This document shows positions 10,736-21,406 of a stretch of DNA of 38,889 bases, piece by piece. The notes under the pieces are model-generated. The model had not been told where the DNA came from. It searched no databases and worked only from the letters and a program-made list of their open reading frames with translations. Made by a program: the position numbers and the translations under genes. Origin of the DNA: Tubiluchus corallicola (taxonomy: Eukaryota > Animalia > Priapulida); contig JAQGDQ010001478.1 in NCBI GenBank assembly GCA_030141605.1, forward strand, positions 1 to 38,889, given 5' to 3'. Each line of letters begins with the position of its first letter. Within the stretch, counting starts at the first letter, position 1.

Positions 10736-12487
10736 AAACAATATTTTTTGGCCGGCTTGACGCATTGCTGAAGCACTTCACAATGGTTTCTGGCATCTGA
10801 TATGGCAAAACAAACTTTTTTGAACTTTATTGTGATAAACGTAAACTCTTAATTATCAAAAAATCGATAACATTAACTTCATTTATAAAAGTATACCACG
10901 TACAGTACCGAATTTACTCATCGCTGTTAACAACTAATGTACAGTAAGGTACAAGTGTGTTTGCATCATAAGATAATGATAGAAACCAGCAGCAGTACAG
11001 GAAAAGGATTTCTCATGTGGAAATTCTTCAAAATATTAAAAACAGATAAGTTCACAACAACTTTGGAAATTTTGCGAGGCATTTGCAAGAATTTGCCGCT
11101 AAGAAACATACAGATGGAAAGTCTATTATGCAAATTTCCCTAGAATGGTGATTGGATCAGCTGAGCTGAGCAGAGGAAAAAATAAAATTAGTGAGTAAAT
11201 GTAATCAGGGAAAAATTGTTAGGGAAGTATCAGGATAGATCGGTTTCAAAAATTCCGCATTGGTATACCGCTAGGTTCACGCTTACATGATGCCGATCCC
11301 TGAAATCTTACGATGACACAATGGGGTGACCCAACCCGTGAATTCAAAACAAAAACAAACAGGAATTTGTCTTAAAAATTTTCGCCAAACAATATAATTT
11401 TTCCAGCTGGTTTTCTTGAAACTTTACTGTTACACTTTTGCACCTTCTAATTTTTAAACTAAGGTTTTTGCATCAGAATTTTTATTATTTTTAAATTAGG
11501 GTATAATTGTTGAAGTTTTGAAAAATATATTTGTAAGAAAGTCTTTTATGTCACATTAGAAGTTTGGAGAGGGCATGATTAGCACAATATCTGAGAAAAA
11601 ATAACTTGTTAGCTGGTAATGGCTTGGAGGTTATGATTAGGATTGTTATGGACATCTAGGTAACTGGAACTCTTTGCTGAATTTCGCTCCGGAACCGAGC
11701 CGGAAAGGACAAAAATTGCTTCAAGATATCAATGTGTATAACAAAGTTTGTTAGTCTTGATTGTCGGCTAACCTACCGTCATCAAATGCTAATATACCAA
11801 AAGCACTGTCAGATTTTTCCAATCTACTACACTTTCTACTGCACAATTTACATAAGACAAACTATTGTTTTCCTGGCACATTAATTACAAAGAATTTTTA
11901 AACAACAACTTTTCATGATACACACTTTCAAGATGCCACAGACGCAAATTTTGGCTTCTACCCTAACCCTTCGGATATTGTCCTTGTTTTACTGTCAGTT
12001 AAGATTTATTGTAATGGCATGACACAGACGTGGGCTTTTTACGTCATACTAAATATTTATCTAGATATTTAAAAGCAGGTTTTTGATAAACATGCACGTT
12101 GCAAATTTCAGCAGTGCTGGTTTATCACTCATGATTGCACTGTGTTTACTAAGCAGCACTGAACATGTCGGACAAAATTTCATGAATCTTTTCAGGGGCT
12201 TTAAAACAGGCCAAAACCACTACACTACTAGTTCTAGTAGTACCAGAACCGGATCCAGTTCTGGTTCTGTAACTTATGATTAGACACAAAACAAGACAAA
12301 TCAAATACGGTTCAGGCTAAAAACATGGTTACATTTACAGACAGGTAAGGTGTTTTTTGTTCTTTAAAGCTCTGTTGCAAATTCTGAGTCACCGACTATC
12401 TGACTCCTAGCTAGTCACTGCCTAAGAAATAAATAAAAATATAGTTCCCTATAATAAATCACAGAAAATTCATTAAATAAAAATTAC

Positions 12488-12662
12488 CATTTAGCTTGTC
12501 AATTGCCTTGTCTGCATTAACTTGGTCAGGACACTCCACGAAAGCATAACCACCCTTTTTCACCAAACAATTTTCCGCTTCAACACCATGCTCGTGGAAC
12601 AAGCCGAGCAGCACACCTTCATCAATTTCATGTCCCAAATTTCCAATATACAGCTTATGCAT
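12488..12662 (-). CDS. IGF2BP: IGF2BP/Imp-family RNA-binding protein, coding exon 1 (most of RRM1)
   Basis: MHKLYIGNL...VKKGGYAFVECPDQVNADKAIDKLN matches the IGF2BP N-terminus (MNKLYIGNL...GYAFVDCPD...A.KAIE.L.G) with RNP2/RNP1 motifs. 175 nt, phase-1 donor G|GTAATT at 12487. Confidence 0.93.
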
Positions 12663-12795
12663 AATAAGCAGCGGATTTGCAATACTATGAAAATATCAAT
12701 TCAGGAAGAATTAATAACGATTATTCTCGAGTACAATGAAAGCAATAAAATTCACTCATCCCTTTCAAGTGCGTGAACCTTGCCTGACACCAGCA

Positions 12796-12832
12796 CACGT
12801 GGTGGCCTTTCTTTGCCGCCACGAACCACGTG
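12796..12832. promoter_or_regulatory. Two CACGTG E-boxes upstream of the IGF2BP ATG
   Basis: CACGTG at 12796-12801 and 12827-12832 in a GC-richer patch 135-170 bp upstream of the start codon. Confidence 0.4.
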
Positions 12833-15195
12833 ACCACACCAAGCCACAATGCTGCTCTTAAACTCGAGGACCACAGATGTGAAAAGTTAAGTTTATTTTC
12901 CCTGTCAAGTCACAAGTGCCAAACTGCCAACTAATGTATTAAATTGGCGCTACCCATAAAAATTGCAAGAAAACGTTTTTAGGCGATTTCTAGTAGTATT
13001 TGGTCCAGCGAATAAAATATCCATATTAGGCTAAAATTTGAGCTCTGCAAAGGGACTAATTATGACGTCAAAAAGATGGTCGCCATTTGACAAAATGAAT
13101 GAATGGATATTTAGCTTACATAAACAGTGTAAAAATGCTCATTTTGATTAAAAAGCTTGGAGCTTTGGACAGTGCTAGAGCTCATTAAGGTGATTATTTC
13201 TGACTATGGTGCGACAGTACATTGTGACCGTATGTGCGTGTTAGTTCAGAAAACAAGTAGACTTTGTTCACAATTCCTGAAAGATATGGCCCTTATGAAC
13301 TGGCTACAGCCATCTTGTCGGCCATCTTGAATGCTGAAAAAATGTACAAAGCATTGCAAGAATAGTTAAAATACTCAGCTGCAAGACTAACAGACAAAGG
13401 ACAAACAAACACACAAGACTATACAATATACATTGTGCTTATAAGCTTACTTATATAGCTGCATTAGTTGTTTGACGATAAAAAAGTTGTTTGAGGATAG
13501 AGTTTTTAGAAGTTTTTATATTAGAAAACATACTCAGTAACAGATAATGCTTGCCTAATTGCCATCAGCTGCTTTTCATGGCTTTGATACTATTTTGAAC
13601 AACTACATGCAAATAAATACATGACTTATGAACTGCTGCTGTACACGTTCCAGGTTTGCAAAAAAGTCAAGTCACTTGTTGTCATTTAGAAATACTTTAA
13701 TGTTTGCTAATTGTCGCAAGGAAGGTATCAATGAAATCACCTCTTCTGTATGATATTAGTTACTAATCATCAACTTGAAATTTCTTTTACATTTCAAACG
13801 TTTTAAAAAAATTAATATAATTTTTTAAAACTTTTGAAACATTTCTTACACTTAAAAAATAGCACAAAAAAATTATTCAATGCATAAAAGTAGTTTTAGC
13901 CTAATGAGTCAGTGGTATTGACAAATAAATAATGTAGAACTTTCCAATCTACAAACAATATAATTATGTCAACATAATGCAAAATGTATCTAAAATTTCA
14001 AAGGTTTTTTGTTGACATCTGCATGGTGTGCTATTTTTTATGGTCTCTTGTCCCTGGTGGGTGCTTTTGACTCGTGGTCCTTTGACCTACAGTTCCTTTT
14101 ACCGTTCCATTGCCTTAGTTCAAGCCCCAATTAGGGTTAAAAGTGTCAAAAGTTTTGAATACTTTGTGTGCAGACCAATAATTTAAAAATCATTTTTGAA
14201 GCTAAATTTATTACTAATGATCATAACTATAGTGGTGCAACAGTGGAAAGCACACAATGTTAAGATATTCAGCTTGAACGAAGAAAGTAAAGGAAAACCC
14301 AGCCAGAAAATTTCCATAACCTTTCATGACAACTGGAAGTGACATTTGCATGCAGTGTTGACATGTCTGAACATCATTCAGTCAATAGCACACCACCTTT
14401 GAAATGTTATTCAGGATTTGATGCTAATTTAAATTTTACTTCAGACTGACTAAATTTTTACAGAAGTTCACTGGCCAATTTCAGTGAAAACCTTAAAGTA
14501 TTCAAGTGTTCTCCTGTTCTACAAGAAACAGTGCAGCTGTTTTGTAGAATGTGGTTCTTAAGAGCCATCAGCAGAATAAGACATGAAAACCATTGTTGCA
14601 AGGAAGATGACGCTTTGTCTTCGGATGCCATTTATTATGCCACTAAGGTTTGATTTGTTGCGTCCGTGTGTATGAAAGCAAACTATGTTTAAAAACAAAG
14701 GTTATACGCCTTAATTAATAGTTTCAAAACTCACACTGTACATGATGGTAACACTTTCGAACATGTCACACTTACGTGGAATTCAAGATGCCCTGTGGAA
14801 AGTGAAGCAGGTGTGCCTGAATGTTTCTACCTAGAACCTCACCTTGGCATAGCCAGTGACAAGCTTGATGGAAAGGAAACTCGACGTAATCTGGTAAAAG
14901 CAGTGCTAAATCTGCTCGAGTGCTGGTATAGCGAGTATCGAATGTTCGATGTTGCTCACCCTTTAGCATGGTCAAAACTTATTAGTGGATTATCAATAAT
15001 AAGGTAAAGAATACTGTTACCCTAAATAAAATCCTCCATTATATTGTGCACTATATAATTTATTATGGTATAAATGTGTGGCGTGAGACGAAATAATTCA
15101 AATCAAATAATCTTTTACGTGAGCGTTTAGGTGTAGTGCGCTTTGACAGTGACACTGAATGTCGCGAATTTGAAAAAGATAATGTAACCGGAATA

Positions 15196-15220
15196 ATGGC
15201 GGCACCCACAGGTTCTGCAG
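15196..15220 (+). CDS. UBE2V: Ubiquitin-conjugating enzyme E2 variant, coding exon 1
   Basis: ATGGCGGCACCCACAGGTTCTGCAG|GTATTT = MAAPTGSA, phase 1, resembling UBE2V1 MAATTGSG. Joins exon 2 in frame. YY1-like AATGGCGGC overlaps the ATG. Confidence 0.8.
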
Positions 15221-16790
15221 GTATTTCTTATGCTTTTACAAGTTTAATGTTTTCGCAGTTTTCTGGAATACTGACAAAAATCAGCAGACAAGAGAGTTGT
15301 TACCTATTGAATCACCGTTGTCAATGACTGTGTTATTATAGGGTGCTATAAGAGTGGAATTAATAATTTAATGCTATATTTTTTACGAGTAGGAGCTTTC
15401 TCGAAAGTTAAAAATCAAAATTTTACTTCTAGTGATCGCAAGTACCCTGCTTACCCTGCAGTTTGTCTGGTGTGAAACACAATCAGTATTTTGACTGGAT
15501 TAATTTCAAGTACTGTTAACTGCCATTTGAATGCAATTTAACACTCCATGATTTTAATATCACCTTCGGAAGTCTCTGAATTTGATGGAACCGAATAGTA
15601 TAGGATTTTGTGCAAATAGACTAGAAACGCTACTTAACTGTAGACATACTTTAACTGATGATTAAAACTGTTCAGTGTCTTTCAGTAAATGCTAACAATG
15701 TGGAAAACAACATTTAATAATCTCGGTTGCTATATCAACAAAAATTTTGAAATTGTTACTTGGTTTAGTACCTTCTGTTTGATGTAAGTGTTATTTGTCA
15801 AAAGAAATCATTATTGCAGACTTCTACCGACATTGTTATGCTATTCATACAGCTTTTGCTTCTCCTGTCTTCAACTTTAAGCTGCTCTGTAATTAATCAG
15901 TGTTTCTGAACGTGTGGATGATATCAGTTCAAAATTTTCCTAAATTCTAGAGTTTAGTTTAGTCTTTATGTTGTTAATTTAATGTTGTTATGCTAGGGAA
16001 GTAAGGTTGTGTCTTGCTGCTATTTTGTCTACCACAAACTTGCACTTTTCCAGTTTCTGTATGATGAACATAATGATAGGACTGGAGTTGTCTAACTTTA
16101 ACAATGTGCTCACAATTCTCCTATGTGTTAAATTTATTGTTTTGTGACTGAGTTGCTACAGCAGCAAATCTGTAGCATTGAAAAATGATCCGTGTTGTGG
16201 GGGTAACAAAAAATGGTATTCCTTATAAATTAAGCCATCAAAAATTAAACACTATCCCTGAAATACAAAAATAACTTGGAGCAGATTTTATAATTTTTTT
16301 ACACATGGTGCTTGTCTTATACCTTGCCTATTTCTTCCTCTACAGCAGCAAGTTTGGATTTCTTTCACTCTTACTTCTTTTGAAAAATACCGTTAAATTC
16401 CGGTATGCAATTTTCAAGAGACTGAAGTAATGTGATAGATTATATGGCGAGAAAAATAAACAAACGAATCTCGTATACAATTTTATGCATATATTGTATC
16501 TGTAAAATAAGCTAATGTGTGTCTGCTAGATCAGTCATGTGGTAGAAACAGTAATTCAGCATGTAATAGTTACTGTTTCAGCTTGGTATTTCTAAAACCA
16601 GTTCTTGCCATAGCTGCTACAGGCCACATATGTGATGAGTTATAGGTTCCTTTTTTGTAAACTCTTAACAGTACTTTGTATAATTTTATTAATATAATAC
16701 CATACATCTTCACACAAGAACAGACGTCGTTATTGTTTTTTGGTAATGTTCACTTGCATGGTAGTCAAATAATTTTTTTTTACGGAAATA

Positions 16791-17030
16791 ATTTATTTAT
16801 TTATTTATTAAATATATCCACAACGATCATTACAGCATTGCACATAAAAGTATTTAATAACATATTTATTATTATGTACGCAAGATGCCAAGCCGCAAAT
16901 GAACCGTGGGGTACTCAAGAAGTAATCACTTGTTCAGAGCACCCCAAATGAATGTGGACTGAGTGTAGTAGAAAAGAGCAGTAAAGGAGTAGAAAAGAAA
17001 GGTTAATAGAGAATAGAAAGAAAGAGAAAG
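16791..17030 (-). mobile_element. LINE 3' UTR relic (L2/Crack-like)
   Basis: On minus: CT-rich tract, hairpin GGGGTGCTC-TGAACAAG..CTTCTT-GAGTACCCC (16908-16945), (TAAA)n tail. Confidence 0.55.
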
Positions 17031-17209
17031 ATGTGATGGTATCTGTATGAAGTAACGTGATAATATGCCCATTATCACACTTTAATTATCTAGCAAGAAA
17101 TATGTAGTTGCCCGAGATGCAACACATTACTGCAATTTTTTTGGACTGCAGCCATTTGTTTTAGATAGCTGCCCACTAATTTTTTGTATTAAGGGTAGTA
17201 CTATACTAA

Positions 17210-17559
17210 TTATTATTATTATAACTCTTTTATTTAAAAAAGTACCTCATTTTGCAGGCAGTACATAACATTTTACAGTAAATGCACATAATTTTCAGAG
17301 CAAGTTAACATAATAATACATTACATGAGTTTCAAAGCAGTTCTAGCTAATATACAAATTTACGAAATATGACATTTCTTACATGTGAGCTGACAAATAG
17401 ACAGTTGTGAAAGAACACACAAAACCAAATTAAGTATTTTACATTGGTAACATCAAAAAACTTTTAATCCACTTAATAATTTGACAAAATCTCTATATTT
17501 ACAATATTTCGTACAACTTTTCCAAACAAGTCGCAGATGTTCCTATCTCTTGCAGTAAA
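17210..17559 (-). mobile_element. 3' end of a second, related LINE
   Basis: 17559-17473 encodes FTARDRNICDLFGKVVRNIVNIEILSNY*, aligning with YLNRDKDVCQAYVNIVRDVVRKKLL* of the neighbour. Same hairpin, AATAAA and (TAA)n tail. 11-bp TSD TACTATACTAA at 17199-17209 and 19812-19822. Confidence 0.85.
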
Positions 17560-17564
17560 TTATT

Positions 17565-19794
17565 ATTATTATATGTCTTTTATTAAATAATGTATACATT
17601 GTTTCCCCTCTATTTGCAGGGGTTTGTTCACAAAATATAAATTTACAATAACAAGATTATACATAATGCCAATTTAGAATAAATTTAAAATACATACACA
17701 GTTTACATTATATTATATACAATATAACGATTAACTCAATACCTGTTTTTCTGTGAATATAATTTGAGTTACTTTATAGCAATTTTTTTCGCACAACATC
17801 TCTAACAATATTTACATATGCCTGGCACACATCTTTATCTCTATTTAGATAGATCTCACTTATGTTGGCTGAGGGCAGAACTTGTCTTAAATTCATTCGA
17901 AATTGATGGTCTACCAAGTCACAGTCAAATATAATGTGTTCTGGTGTTTGAGGAGTTGCATTATTACAATGACAGCAATCTGTATTTTGTTCGCCTATTC
18001 TATACCGAAATGATTTAGTTCCTCTATTTAAAAGTAAGTTTAATGCAGTTGTTTCAATAAGCCTTTCGTGATTCGTTAGTGGTAGACACAGTGGCGTTAA
18101 CATAGGTGTTGTGATATTAGTGGTTATGCCATCTAGTTGGTTCCTATGTTGAATTCTTCGCCTCCATTGCGAGCTTTGAAATTCGATAAACTCTTGTCTG
18201 GTGTAGCGTAAATTAATATGGTCCAAATTACCGAGATTTTCGGTTCTCATATTAAGCCCTTTGCATATTTTTAAGAAAGTTTTTGCCGTAGCCAAATGAG
18301 TTTTTACAGGGTGATTATTTGTTTTAAATAATTTACGATTTAAAGGCAATGCTTCACAAATAAGTATTTCTTGCTTAAGTAAATCCTCATCCATGCAGCT
18401 CAAAGTTTTTAATATGAGTTTACTGACTATGCACGAAAAAACTATATCTACTGGAGGCATTCCACAAATACATTCAATATCAGATTTCCTGGGATTGTAC
18501 CCCACCCCCGCAGCAGTTTTCATTATGTCATACCATAAATCATCAAAATCAGTGAGTTTTCTGTTCATCCAGCTCGGCGCACCATAAAATATACTTGGCA
18601 TCACAACAGATTGGAATAATCTAATAATGGTTGTCATTCTTAAACCTTTATTTTTATAAATTACGTTCTTGAGTTTAGCCCATTTCTTCCAAGCACTTTG
18701 CCTGGTTCTAGAGGTATGGCTATTAAAATTCATATGTTTATCGACAGTAACTCCAAGCACTTTCGTGTTGTTAACATAATTAGTCTCTTTGTTACCAAAA
18801 CATAATTTTGGCAAGCTGGGATTTTGATCATTTTCAAAAACAGTAGCTTCTGTTTTGTTTAAATTACAGTTCAACATTTGCCTCCATTTAGAACACCAGG
18901 CATGAAGTTTATCACATGACAACTGAGCCAATTCGTAGCATTCATTATTTGTATTTGCGTACACATAAATTGTGCCGTCATCAGCAAATTTAATCTTCAA
19001 AATATTTCTGTTTTGGTCTATTTCACTAAACATATCTGACACATACAGGATAAATAATAGCGGTGACAGGACAGACCCCTGCGATACACCTATGTGACAC
19101 AACATTTCTTCTGACAAATAATTTTCTATTCGTATTTTAATACGCCTGTTTTTCAGAAACGAACAAATCAATTTCAAAAGCTTGCCTGCCACCCCTGCTT
19201 GGGCTAACTTAAATATTAAACCATTCACCCAAATGCTATCGAAGGCTTTTGTGAAGTCACAGAAGACTGCAATTCCAGGACAGTTTTGAAGCCTGTTTCT
19301 TTCAATAGCGGAAACTAGTCTAAGCAGATAGCGATTTGTGCTACGCAAGGGTTGAAATCCTTCCTGCTCTTGATCTATAATGTTATTGTCATTTAACCAG
19401 GTTCTCAATCTGATCTCTATGAGTTTTTCTACTATTTTGCCATAATAGGACGCAATCGTAATTGGCCTATAGTTTGATGGGTCACTGTAATTGTTTTTTC
19501 CATCTTTACGGAAGAATATTACTTTTGCACTGTTCCATGGCCATTTACCTGTTCTTAAACACACATTAGCTAGATTTAATAATAAACTCTTCCCCCAGAA
19601 ACCCATGTGTTTCAACATGAGTGGGTGACATTCATCACAGTCAATGCTTTTATTGGAAACCTTCATGTTTTTTATCGCAACGGTGAGTTCAACCATTGTA
19701 AAATTTTCGTTAAACCAATGATGAGTTTCTTGATTTAAATTAATTCCTTCAGCTACTTCATTTTCTACATGTTCAAACCAAGCATGATCAAAAC
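17565..19794 (-). mobile_element. Young 5'-truncated non-LTR retrotransposon (LINE) in UBE2V intron 1, antisense to host
   Basis: Intact RT frame; 3' UTR with hairpin, AATAAA and (TAA)n tail near 17560-17585; flanked by ATTATT (17559-17564, 19795-19800). No endonuclease or ORF1. I/Jockey-group-like, clade not determined. Confidence 0.93.
17774..19696 (-). CDS. LINE ORF2 fragment: reverse transcriptase plus C-terminal Cys/His motif
   Basis: YRPITIAS, QEGFQPLRST, DFTKAFDSI, GVSQGSVLSPLLFILYVSDM, KFADD, VLGVTVD; C-terminal CHC...TPEHIIFDC. The frame stays open about 33 more codons up to the truncation, so the Met at 19696 is internal. No RNase H motif seen. Confidence 0.95.
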   Translation of the reverse strand: MVELTVAIKNMKVSNKSIDCDECHPLMLKHMGFWGKSLLLNLANVCLRTGKWPWNSAKVIFFRKDGKNNYSDPSNYRPITIASYYGKIVEKLIEIRLRTWLNDNNIIDQEQEGFQPLRSTNRYLLRLVSAIERNRLQNCPGIAVFCDFTKAFDSIWVNGLIFKLAQAGVAGKLLKLICSFLKNRRIKIRIENYLSEEMLCHIGVSQGSVLSPLLFILYVSDMFSEIDQNRNILKIKFADDGTIYVYANTNNECYELAQLSCDKLHAWCSKWRQMLNCNLNKTEATVFENDQNPSLPKLCFGNKETNYVNNTKVLGVTVDKHMNFNSHTSRTRQSAWKKWAKLKNVIYKNKGLRMTTIIRLFQSVVMPSIFYGAPSWMNRKLTDFDDLWYDIMKTAAGVGYNPRKSDIECICGMPPVDIVFSCIVSKLILKTLSCMDEDLLKQEILICEALPLNRKLFKTNNHPVKTHLATAKTFLKICKGLNMRTENLGNLDHINLRYTRQEFIEFQSSQWRRRIQHRNQLDGITTNITTPMLTPLCLPLTNHERLIETTALNLLLNRGTKSFRYRIGEQNTDCCHCNNATPQTPEHIIFDCDLVDHQFRMNLRQVLPSANISEIYLNRDKDVCQAYVNIVRDVVRKKLL

Positions 19795-20568
19795 ATTATT
19801 GTCTAAATGACTACTATACTAAGCTACTGACACATTTTTCTCGCAACAGTTATAACAAATATCATAAGTAACACTTGCTCACGGCATAATTTGGTACTTT
19901 AAAACTTTAGATTTTTATTTATTTAAGTACTAATTGTTCATTTTTGGTAACCTACAAATCTCTGTATTCATAATTTAGTATAGAATAGACTTCAGTTTCA
20001 CTGAAGCACTTTTATGTAATTAGTAGGTTGTGTCAATTTTTGTTTGACATGTTTATACCTAGTTTATATGTTTCAGTAAAAGATTCAGGACTTCATTTAC
20101 TGAATTGTGTGCAGCAAATGTAGAAAAATTATTATGCTTGGTTGTATAGTGGTTGTACGTATGTGAGCGATGTGTGTAGCTGTTTATGGGCGTTTGAGTA
20201 ATGGCAAAGCTATAAGACTTGGATTAGGGAATAACACTTTTTTTAAGGAACATCACAATATATAATAAATGTATAGCAATGCCAAGCCCCTGATCTCTTT
20301 GACTTCCTCTCCTGAGTTCCCAGTCTAATCTCAGTCTTCCAGCGGGTGGCTTCAGCATCCCCGCCAGGCTGCATGCGCAGTCTGTCCAGAATGGGCACTT
20401 CCTTATTTGGGAGTCTGATGGATGAGCAGTCACGTGACCGCCGCACCTTAATTCCTTATTTGGAAGTCTGGCTTCATGAATACTCTTCATAGCCTAATTA
20501 TCTGACATTTAACATATTTTAATAGATTCTCTTTACTAATGTTAATTAGTTGTACTTGTGTTTTTCAG

Positions 20569-20711
20569 AAGTACCTAGGAATTTTCGACTACTAGATGAA
20601 CTTGAGCAGGGTCAAAAGGGCTGCGGAGACGGCACGATCAGTTGGGGTTTGGAAAATGATGATGATATGACACTCACGTATTGGACAGGCATGATTATAG
20701 GCCCACCAAGA
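20569..20711 (+). CDS. UBE2V: UBE2V coding exon 2
   Basis: TTTTTCAG acceptor; (E)[47 protein letters not shown]; GTAAGT donor. Hallmark UEV1/MMS2 sequence. Confidence 0.97.
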
Positions 20712-21406
20712 GTAAGTGATAGTTTATATTAGTTTGCAAGTCAAATACAGTGTAACTTCCTGATACTTTTAACTTTTTCTTGGTGGTTTGTATAAGAGGA
20801 AACCGGATGCAAAGGTGTATTTTCCAAATGAAGTTAGAAACTTGATTTCACACATTTTACTCAATAGATGGCGCTAGCAAAATCTCAGTGCTTTGTTATG
20901 GCAATGTTTTCATTTGGTTATTACATACCACATTTTGTTGCGTAGCATTGTTTATAAATTTTCCGTCACAGAACAGACTCGGTACTCGAGAAAGCCATTG
21001 TTAGCATATTTGTTTAGCCTGCGATTCTCCAGTTTCACGAGCAAAACTGAAGAAAATGTTCTTTGGGAGGAATGGAATTTTGAGGCTTGATTTCATTGGG
21101 AAGAAAGCCGTGAAATTCAGTAAAATTAATGTCAAATGTTATTAATTAGATTATGACTGTGAATGCCAGAATGTTCATAATCCGTTTTGGTTTATTAATA
21201 TCAAATTTTAAGTTACGGTTTGTTCTTTTATCTAAAGAAAACTTGTTTCTACGCTAAATTTGACCTTTAGGAACAATTGCGTGCAATAACACTCGATACA
21301 GTTTAGCGCTCTTCAAATTGAATTTTGGCACTTACTCATGGCTATTACTTAACCTGAAACCTGGTTTCTTATTAAATTAGTTCTGTAAGATAAGATACTG
21401 AACTTA

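Noticed and set aside
14464-15007. PEDS1/TMEM189 (Kua)-UBE2V read-through as in human
   Set aside because: No His-box or transmembrane features, and the phase does not fit UBE2V exon 2.
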